Part shown: positions 57,600-64,000 of the stretch, one piece after another
How positions within the stretch are numbered: position 1 is the stretch's first letter
Layout of the letters: each line of letters opens with the position of its first letter
DNA from: an uncultured Thermoleophilia bacterium
Lineage (GTDB): Bacteria; Actinomycetota; Thermoleophilia; UBA2241
NCBI GenBank assembly: GCA_903927755.1
Contig: CAIYOD010000164.1
Location: forward strand, 742-64,741
Length of the DNA: 64,000 bases
Direction of reading: 5' to 3'
Program-made: the position numbers and the translations under genes
The notes under the pieces: model-generated
What the model was told of the DNA's origin: nothing
The model's input: the letters and a program-made list of their open reading frames with translations, nothing else
Database searches by the model: none

Positions 57600-59477
57600 C
57601 TACTTGACGCGCGTCAGCGCCGGACTGTGCGCCCGCGCCGCAAGCGCCACGGCCTGCGGCGTGAGCCCGATGTCCGCGAGCACGCGCGCCCGGTCACCGT
57701 GCGCGACGAAGGCGTCCGGCAGCCCGAACCGCACGACCTCGACGGAGTTGCCGACCGCCTCGAGGACAGCGCTGCCGAAGCCGCCGGCGAGGGCGTTCTC
57801 CTCCACGGTGACGAGGCGGCTGTGCCCGGCGGCGAGCCGCAGGAGCAGCTCCGTGTCCAGCGGCTTCACGAAGCGCGCGTCGACGACGGTCGGCGCGGCG
57901 CCCTCGGCGGCCAGCAGCTCGGCCGCCTCGCGGGCGATGCCGACCCCGGTGCCGATACCGACAAGCGCCACGTCGGCGCCCTCCTGGAGCACCGCGCCGC
58001 GTCCCACCTCGAGCGGCTCGATCTCGTCGAGCGGCGCGGACGGAGCAGCCAGCCCGCGCGGGTAGCGCAGCGCCGCGGGTCCATCCAGCGTGAGAGCGGT
58101 CGCCAGCATGCGCTGCAGCTCCTCCTGGCTGGACGGCGCCATCACGGTCATTCCGGGGATCACGCGCAAGAAGGACAGGTCGAAGGCGCCGTGGTGGGTC
58201 GGGCCGTCGTCGCCGACGAGGCCGGCCCTGTCCACGGCGAACGTCACCGGCAGGTGTTGCAGCCCGATGTCCTGGACGAGCATGTCGAAGGCGCGCTGCA
58301 GGAAGGTCGAGTAGAGAGCGACGACCGGGCGCATGCCGCCGATGGCGAGCCCGGCGGCGAACACGGCCGCGTGCTCCTCGGCGATGCCGACGTCGTAGAA
58401 GCGGTCCGGGAACCGCCGTTCGAATGCCTCCAGGCCGGTCCCCTGCGTCATGGCCGCGGTGATGGCCACGACGCGCTCGTCCCGCTCCGCGAGCCGCACG
58501 AGCGCCTGGCCGAACGCGTCGGTGTAACTCGTACCGACCGCCACGGCTTTGCGCGCGCCGTTTCCGAGGTGGAACGGCCCGGTCCCGTGATAGGTGTCCG
58601 GCCGGGCCTCCGCGGGCTCGTAGCCCTTGCCCTTGACCGTCTTGACGTGGACGACCACCGGCCGGCGCGTGTCGATCGCCTGGCGGATGCTCGAGCGCAG
58701 GGCGTGCATGTCGTGCCCGTCGACGACCCCGATGTAGGCGAACCCCAGCTCCTCGAAGAGCATGCCCGGGACGAGCAGCGCCTTCATCGACTCCTTGACG
58801 TCCTTGCCCAGGCGGTACGCCTGGCGGCCGATGGCCGGGATCTTCGCGACGCCATGCTCGAGGTCCTCGCGCAGACGGGTGAGGGTCGGGTCGAGGCGGA
58901 TGCGGTTGAGGTAGAGCTGCAGGGCGCCCACGTTGGCGCGAATGGACATCTCGTTGTCGTTGATGACCACCACGAGCGGGGTCCGCAGGTGGCCGGCCTG
59001 ATTCAGAGCTTCGAAGGCGACCCCACCCGTGAGGGCGCCGTCGCCGAGGACGCAGACGACCTTGCCGTCGTTCTCCCGGGCGATGCGCTCGGCCTCGACG
59101 AGCCCGAGCCCATAGCTGATCGACGTCGAGGCGTGCCCTGTGCCGATGATGTCGTGCGGCGACTCAGCCCGCTGCGGGAACCCCGAGAGGCCACCGTACT
59201 GGCGGATGGTCCCGAAGCGGTCTCGCCGCCCCGTGAGCAGCTTGTGCGCGTAGCACTGATGGCCGACGTCCCAGACGATCTTGTCCTTCGGGCTCTGCAG
59301 CACGCTGTGCAACGCCACGGTGAGCTCGACGGTGCCCAGGCTGGCGGCGAGGTGACCGCCGGTCTCGCTGACACAGGAGAGGATGGTCTCGCGGACCTCG
59401 TCTGCGAGCAGCGTCAGTTCCCGCTCGGAGAATGTCTGGAGGTCGGCGGGGTCTGAGATCTTGTCCAGATACCGCAT
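57600..59477 (-). CDS. dxs: 1-deoxy-D-xylulose-5-phosphate synthase
   Basis: MRYLDKISDPADL, GGHLAASLG and LGDGALTGG. True start is ATG 59477; the track extends to 60140. Confidence 0.95.
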   Translation of the reverse strand: MRYLDKISDPADLQTFSERELTLLADEVRETILSCVSETGGHLAASLGTVELTVALHSVLQSPKDKIVWDVGHQCYAHKLLTGRRDRFGTIRQYGGLSGFPQRAESPHDIIGTGHASTSISYGLGLVEAERIARENDGKVVCVLGDGALTGGVAFEALNQAGHLRTPLVVVINDNEMSIRANVGALQLYLNRIRLDPTLTRLREDLEHGVAKIPAIGRQAYRLGKDVKESMKALLVPGMLFEELGFAYIGVVDGHDMHALRSSIRQAIDTRRPVVVHVKTVKGKGYEPAEARPDTYHGTGPFHLGNGARKAVAVGTSYTDAFGQALVRLAERDERVVAITAAMTQGTGLEAFERRFPDRFYDVGIAEEHAAVFAAGLAIGGMRPVVALYSTFLQRAFDMLVQDIGLQHLPVTFAVDRAGLVGDDGPTHHGAFDLSFLRVIPGMTVMAPSSQEELQRMLATALTLDGPAALRYPRGLAAPSAPLDEIEPLEVGRGAVLQEGADVALVGIGTGVGIAREAAELLAAEGAAPTVVDARFVKPLDTELLLRLAAGHSRLVTVEENALAGGFGSAVLEAVGNSVEVVRFGLPDAFVAHGDRARVLADIGLTPQAVALAARAHSPALTRVK

Positions 59478-59569
59478 CGTCACCGGAGTATAGCACCGGC
59501 TCTCGCTCGACCTTGGAGCACCTGCCGACGCGACCGACGGCCGGGCTCGGAGCCGGCGATCGCGCGCCG

Positions 59570-60454
59570 TCAGCGCCGGCGATCGTGGATGAAACGGGCG
59601 ACCGCGGCGAGGTCGGCGGTGTCGGCGGGCAGCTCGCCCAGCAGGGTGTGCGCGCGGTCCCGGGCCTCGTCGGCCAGCTGTGCCGCCCGCTCCATGCCGA
59701 ACCTGGAGACGTACGTGACCTTCTCCAGCGCGCGGTCCTTGCCCACGCTCTTGCCGAGCTCGTCGACGGCGCCGGTCTCGTCGAGGATGTCGTCGACGAT
59801 CTGGAACAGAAGCCCCAGCTCGGCGGCATAGGCGCGGTACGGCTCCACGTCCTCCGCGCCGGTGAGCAGCGCACCGCACACCACCGACGCCTGGATCAGG
59901 CGGCCGGTCTTGAGCGCGTGCAACGTCCGCAGGTCGTCGTCGGCGGCGGCCTCTCCCGCGACGTCCATGTACTGGCCGCCGACCATGCCCTGGACGCCGG
60001 TCGCAGCGGCGATCTCGGCAAGCGCGCCGAGCACCGCCTCGCAACCGCCGGTCTGACGGGTGAGGACGAGGCTGAAGGCCTCCGCGAAGAGGCCGTCGCC
60101 GGCCAGGATGGCCACGTCCTCTCCGAAGGCGACGTGGCACGTGGGCCGGCCGCGACGCAGCGTGTCGTCGTCGATCGCCGGCAGATCGTCGTGGATGAGC
60201 GAGTAGGTGTGGATGAGCTCGAGCGCCGCCGCGGTCGGCAGGACCGTGTGCGCGTCGGCGCCGCGGCCTCTCGCGGTCGCGAGCGTCAGGACCGGCCGGA
60301 TCCGCTTGCCCCCCGCGAGCAGCGAGTAGCGCATCGCCTCGGTGAGCCGTGCGGCGCGATGATCGACGCCGAAGTCCAGCGTCCCCAGGTAGTCCTCGAC
60401 GGTCGCCAGCAGGTCAGCCGGATAACCGTCCGTCGGCGCTTGACTCACAGCCAC
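59570..60454 (-). CDS. ispA: Polyprenyl (farnesyl/geranylgeranyl) diphosphate synthase
   Basis: YSLIHDDLPAIDDD and FQIVDDILD aspartate-rich motifs. Confidence 0.85.
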   Translation of the reverse strand: MAVSQAPTDGYPADLLATVEDYLGTLDFGVDHRAARLTEAMRYSLLAGGKRIRPVLTLATARGRGADAHTVLPTAAALELIHTYSLIHDDLPAIDDDTLRRGRPTCHVAFGEDVAILAGDGLFAEAFSLVLTRQTGGCEAVLGALAEIAAATGVQGMVGGQYMDVAGEAAADDDLRTLHALKTGRLIQASVVCGALLTGAEDVEPYRAYAAELGLLFQIVDDILDETGAVDELGKSVGKDRALEKVTYVSRFGMERAAQLADEARDRAHTLLGELPADTADLAAVARFIHDRRR

Positions 60455-60458
60455 CGCC

Positions 60459-60668
60459 TCACCCGGCGACGCGGCCGAGCTGCTCCAGCAGCCGTCCGGC
60501 CTCCTCGACCTGCTCGGTGGCGCGCTCCAGCAGCGTCATCTCCACCTCGGCGGACGACGACGCGGCCAACCGGGGCTCCAGCTCCTCGAGCTGGCCAAGC
60601 AGTTCCTTGAGCCGCGCCAGCGCCTGCGCCCGCGTCAGCTCGGGGCCGGCCTGCGGCGCGTCAGCCAT
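60459..60668 (-). CDS. Small helical protein of 69 aa, possibly a divergent exonuclease VII small subunit
   Basis: MADAPQAGPELTRAQALARLKELLGQLEE... Its start overlaps the nusB stop, and its position immediately upstream of ispA matches the usual xseB slot. Sequence similarity is weak by eye. Confidence 0.35.
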   Translation of the reverse strand: MADAPQAGPELTRAQALARLKELLGQLEELEPRLAASSSAEVEMTLLERATEQVEEAGRLLEQLGRVAG

Positions 60669-61137
60669 CGTCGCGCTCTGCGTCCGGTGCGCCGCCCGAC
60701 TCAGGTCGGCCCTCCGCCTCATCCGCCTCGTCTTCGCCCGCGCGCATGATGCCGCCGAGCACGCCGTTGACGAACCCGCCGGCCTCATCGGTCGAATAGC
60801 GCTTGGTGAGGCGCACGGCTTCGTCGATGGCGACCTCCGGAGGTGTCGCCTCGGACTGGATCTCCCACACGGCCAGACGGAGGATGCTGCGCTCGAGCGG
60901 GGCGACGCGGTCGACAGGCCAGCCCTTGGAGTGGGCCTCCAGCACCACGTCGATCTCTTCCCTGGAGGCCAGCACGCCGGCGACGGCCTTGATGGTGAAC
61001 TCGTCGGGGGCGTACCCCTCCCGGAGCCGCTGGCCGTTCACGAGCTCGGCCATGGAGAGGTCGGTGACTTCCGTCTGATAGAGCAGGAAGACGGCGTCGC
61101 GACGCGCCTGCTTGCGACTCGGACCGGCCGGCGCCAC
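60661..61137 (-). CDS. nusB: Transcription antitermination factor NusB
   Basis: RKQARRDAVFLLYQ, ERSILRLAVWEI and AIDEAVRLTKRYSTDEAGGFVNGVLG. Likely start is GTG 61137; the listed 868-aa ORF is mostly an out-of-frame overlap. Confidence 0.85.
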   Translation of the reverse strand: MAPAGPSRKQARRDAVFLLYQTEVTDLSMAELVNGQRLREGYAPDEFTIKAVAGVLASREEIDVVLEAHSKGWPVDRVAPLERSILRLAVWEIQSEATPPEVAIDEAVRLTKRYSTDEAGGFVNGVLGGIMRAGEDEADEAEGRPESGGAPDAERDDG

Positions 61138-61154
61138 GCTGATCGGCCCCCGCC

Positions 61155-62996
61155 TCAGGCGGATTCGATGGCGAAGAGCGGCTGACCGTACTGCACGGTC
61201 TCGCCGTTCTCCACGAGGATCTCGCGGACCACACCGGCGACGTCGGCCGTCAACTCGTTCATCATCTTCATCATCTCGAGGATGCAGAGCGTCTGCCCGG
61301 CCTCGACCGCGTCGCCCACCTCGACGAACGAGGGCAACTGCGGCGACGGCGAGCGGTAGAACGTGGCCACCCACTTGGACTTGACCAGGTGATAGCCGTT
61401 GGCGTTCTCGTCGCCGGCCGCGCTCGCCGCCGGAGCCTGCGGCGCGGCGGCGGCCGGAGCGGCCGCGGCAGCCGGCTCGACCCCCGCCTTGCGCACGGTG
61501 ATCTTGAGGTCGCCCTCCTCGACGACGACCTCGTCCACCTCGCTCTCCTCGATCATCCCGAGGATGTCCTTGACGCGATCGGCGCTCTGCCCGAGCAGGT
61601 CGGCGCCGGGCTGCGAGCTGATGTACTGGTCGTGGACGCCGAAGACGTCGGACTCGGGACCGATGTGATGCCGCTCGAGGTAGACGCGCGCCGTCTGCGG
61701 GAACAGCGCGTAGCTGAGGAGGTCCTCCTCGGAGCGCACCAGCTCGCCGATCTCCGGACGATAGTCCTCGAGCGTCTCCTCGATCAGGTCGGCCGGCCGA
61801 ACGCCGATGGGCTCCTCTCCCTCGAGCACGCGCGAGAGCACCTCGCGCGACACGGGACCCGGCGCGGCGCCGTACTTGCCGCGCAGGTACTGCTTCATCT
61901 CGTCGGGCACGATGTGCCAGCGCCTGCCGGAGAGCACGTTGAGCACCGCCTGCGTACCGACGATCTGGCTCATCGGCGTGACCAGCGGGGGGAATCCGAC
62001 CTCGGCGCGCACGATCGGGATCTCCTCGAGTACCTCGGGGAGACGGTCGAGGGCGCTCTGCTCCTTGAGCTGGCTCTCGAGGTTGCTGATCATGCCGCCG
62101 GGCACCTGATGCGAGTAGACCTGCATGTGCGTGAGGGACGTGACGCCGCGGTCCCAGCCACCTTCCTGACGGACCTTCTCGAAGTACTTGGCCATCTCGA
62201 ACAGCTTCTCGAGGTCGAGGCCGCTGTCGTAGGGCGAGCCGGTGAGCGCGGACACGACCATCTCCGTGGCCGGCTGCGAGTTGCCGAAAGCGAGCGGCAC
62301 CGTGGCCGTGTCGATGACGTCCACGCCGGCCTCGACTGCCTTGAGATAGGTCATCGGGGCGAGGCCACCGATGTAGTGGCAGTGCAACTGGATCGGCACC
62401 TTGAGCTCGGCCTTGAGGCGGCCGACGAGCTGCTCCGCGTAGAACGGGGAGAGCAGAGCCGCCATGTCCTTGATGCAGATGGAGTCGGCGCCCATGTCGA
62501 CGAGCTTGTGCGCGACGTCCACGTAGTGGTCGAGCGAGTGCACCGGCGAGATCGTGTAGACCACGGCGCCCTGGAAGTGCTTGCCGGTCTCCTTGATCGC
62601 CGCGGCGGCGGTCTCGTAGTTGCGGATGTCGTTGAGGGCGTCGAAGACGCGGAAGACGTCCATGCCGTTCTCCGCCGCCTTGTAGACGAACCGCCGCACG
62701 ATGTCGTCGCCGTAGTGGCGGTAGCCGACGAGGTTCTGGCCGCGCAGCAGCATCTGCAGCGGCGTGCGCACGACGTGCCTCTTGATGAGACGCAGGCGCT
62801 CCCAAGGGTCTTCGTCCAGGAAGCGCAGAGACGCGTCGAAGGTCGCGCCGCCCCAGCATTCGAGCGAGTGGAAGCCGACGGAGTCCATGAGCTCGAGGAC
62901 CGGGATCATCTCGGAGGTGCGCATCCGCGTCGCCCACAGCGACTGGTGCCCGTCCCGGAGGGTGGTGTCGGTGATGCCTACCTGGCGTGCGCGCAT
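61155..62996 (-). CDS. Carboxyltransferase (5S/PycB/OadA-alpha type) fused to a biotinyl carrier domain
   Basis: ITDTTLRDGHQSL at the N-terminus, and C-terminal LCILEMMKMMNEL (biotinyl-lysine motif). Confidence 0.8.
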   Translation of the reverse strand: MRARQVGITDTTLRDGHQSLWATRMRTSEMIPVLELMDSVGFHSLECWGGATFDASLRFLDEDPWERLRLIKRHVVRTPLQMLLRGQNLVGYRHYGDDIVRRFVYKAAENGMDVFRVFDALNDIRNYETAAAAIKETGKHFQGAVVYTISPVHSLDHYVDVAHKLVDMGADSICIKDMAALLSPFYAEQLVGRLKAELKVPIQLHCHYIGGLAPMTYLKAVEAGVDVIDTATVPLAFGNSQPATEMVVSALTGSPYDSGLDLEKLFEMAKYFEKVRQEGGWDRGVTSLTHMQVYSHQVPGGMISNLESQLKEQSALDRLPEVLEEIPIVRAEVGFPPLVTPMSQIVGTQAVLNVLSGRRWHIVPDEMKQYLRGKYGAAPGPVSREVLSRVLEGEEPIGVRPADLIEETLEDYRPEIGELVRSEEDLLSYALFPQTARVYLERHHIGPESDVFGVHDQYISSQPGADLLGQSADRVKDILGMIEESEVDEVVVEEGDLKITVRKAGVEPAAAAAPAAAAPQAPAASAAGDENANGYHLVKSKWVATFYRSPSPQLPSFVEVGDAVEAGQTLCILEMMKMMNELTADVAGVVREILVENGETVQYGQPLFAIESA

Positions 62997-63017
62997 GGCG
63001 TGTTCCCCGGAGCGCGC

Positions 63018-63584
63018 TCAGGCGCGGCCGAGGTACTCCCCGCTGCGGGTGTCGACCTTGACCTTCTCGCCCTCTTCGATGAAGAGCGGCACCTGGATGA
63101 CGGCGCCCGACTCGAGAGTGGCAGGCTTGGTGGCCCCCTGGGCGGTGTTGCCCTGCACGCCGGGGTCGGATTGGGTGATGATGAGCTCGACGAAGTTGGG
63201 AGGAGTCACCTCGAAGGGCTGGCCGTTGAGGTACATCACCTCGACCTCCATGTTCTCGACCACCCACTTGAGGGCGTTCTCGGCCATGGCCGGCGAGACC
63301 GAGACCTGCTCGAAGGTCTCGTTGTCCATGAGCACGACCTCATCATCGGTCGAGTACAGATAGGCGATCTTGCGCGACTGCGTGTGTATGCGTTCGAACT
63401 TCTCGCCGGCGCGAAAGGTCTTGTCGAGCACCGCGCCGGTCGCGATGTTGCGGACCTTGGTGCGCACGAACGCCCCGCCCTTGCCGGGCTTGACGTGCTG
63501 GGACTCGACGATGGTGAACGGCTGGCCGTCGATCTCGATGGCCATGCCCGACTTGAACTGATTGGTGGTGACGACGTCTGCCAT
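63018..63584 (-). CDS. efp: Translation elongation factor P
   Basis: FKSGMAIEIDGQPFTIVESQHVKPGKGGAFVRTKVRN. Confidence 0.95.
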   Translation of the reverse strand: MADVVTTNQFKSGMAIEIDGQPFTIVESQHVKPGKGGAFVRTKVRNIATGAVLDKTFRAGEKFERIHTQSRKIAYLYSTDDEVVLMDNETFEQVSVSPAMAENALKWVVENMEVEVMYLNGQPFEVTPPNFVELIITQSDPGVQGNTAQGATKPATLESGAVIQVPLFIEEGEKVKVDTRSGEYLGRA

Positions 63585-63656
63585 GTGGTCCTACTCAGGA
63601 GTCGTGGGGCTGGAGTGAACGGTAGTCCGCCTCGCCTGTGCCCGCTGTGGCGAGTC

Positions 63657-63700
63657 GCTCAATAGTACTCCGTGTTCTACTTACTCTACGGGCATTAGTC
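63657..63700 (-). other. Conserved intergenic motif, copy B
   Basis: Plus strand reads GCTCAATAG-TA-CTCCGT-N18-GCATTAGTC, in the gap upstream of efp. Confidence 0.6.
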
Positions 63701-63739
63701 CGACATGATACAGCAAGGCCGCCCGCGCAGGCACACCGG

Positions 63740-64000
63740 TCAATCGACGACCTGGAGCTCCTTGGGGTGGTTCGTGAGGCGCTCGGCGCCGTCGGCGGTG
63801 ACGAGGACGGTGTCCTCGATACGCACTCCCGCCACGCCCTCAAGGTAGATGCCGGGCTCGACGGTGCATATCATGCCGGTCTCGAGCCGGTCGCCGCGAG
63901 TGCGGCCCAGCGACGGCGCCTCGTGCACCTCGAGGCCGACGCCGTGCCCCGTGCCGTGCCCGAAGCGCTCGCCGTAGCCGGCGGCGTCGATCACGGCGCG
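63740..64000 (-). CDS. M24-family Xaa-Pro aminopeptidase, C-terminal fragment (5' end off the right edge)
   Basis: [20 protein letters not shown] and [19 protein letters not shown]. The reading frame continues to base 64000. Confidence 0.7.
   Translation of the reverse strand, partial: RAVIDAAGYGERFGHGTGHGVGLEVHEAPSLGRTRGDRLETGMICTVEPGIYLEGVAGVRIEDTVLVTADGAERLTNHPKELQVVD

Noticed and set aside
63740-64000. Apparent 1-nt frame inconsistency when I hand-translated the C-run around 63958-63961 in the aminopeptidase fragment
   Set aside because: The ORF track gives an uninterrupted, motif-perfect M24 sequence ([16 protein letters not shown]). The discrepancy is most likely my miscount of a homopolymer across the line break, so I am not reporting a frameshift.

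Overview
GC-rich bacterial chromosome segment with almost every real gene on the minus strand. The core gene order from 19.8 to 64 kb (cdsA-uppS-frr-pyrH-tsf-rpsB, whiG-xerC-dprA-comM, yraN-rnhB-lepB-rplS-trmD-rimM-rpsP-ffh-ftsY-smc-rnc-acpP-plsX-rpmF, coaD-rsmD, deo genes, xerD, pyrG, recN-nadK-tlyA, dxs-ispA, nusB, efp) is the conserved housekeeping backbone typical of Actinomycetota. I saw no rRNA, tRNA, CRISPR, transposase or prophage. The accessory part is 1-19752, a cell-envelope glycan locus directly downstream of uppS-cdsA. It combines a complete CDP-3,6-dideoxyhexose pathway (rfbF-rfbG-rfbH plus an E3-like reductase) with tailoring genes: a ThDP enzyme, an SDR, an aldolase-like protein, a HAD phosphatase, an FkbM methyltransferase, and an aminotransferase with an acetyltransferase. 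Its only transferases are Gtr-type: GtrA, two GtrB-like polyprenol-phosphate GT2 enzymes and four polytopic GT-C-like proteins, three of them paralogs. There is no Wzx/Wzy, ABC exporter, priming transferase or soluble Leloir GT in the window. I regard this as the best candidate for an undescribed system: rare CDP-activated sugars routed through polyprenol-phosphate carriers to extracytoplasmic GT-C transferases. Secondary observations: a standalone Pta-N-terminal-like (BioD-like + DRTGG) protein apparently translationally coupled to plsX; a roughly 22-bp hairpin abutting the rnc ribosome-binding site; a 45-nt AT-rich motif conserved in two intergenic regions; a vapBC cassette with an operator palindrome between ffh and ftsY; a repeat-built C-terminal tail on ribosomal protein S2; and two glycan-locus genes whose essential N-terminal elements lie upstream of any canonical start codon. 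Many long ORFs in the track are antisense or out-of-frame shadows typical of GC-rich DNA, and several true genes start well inside their listed ORF. All functional calls come from motif recognition by eye, with no database search.
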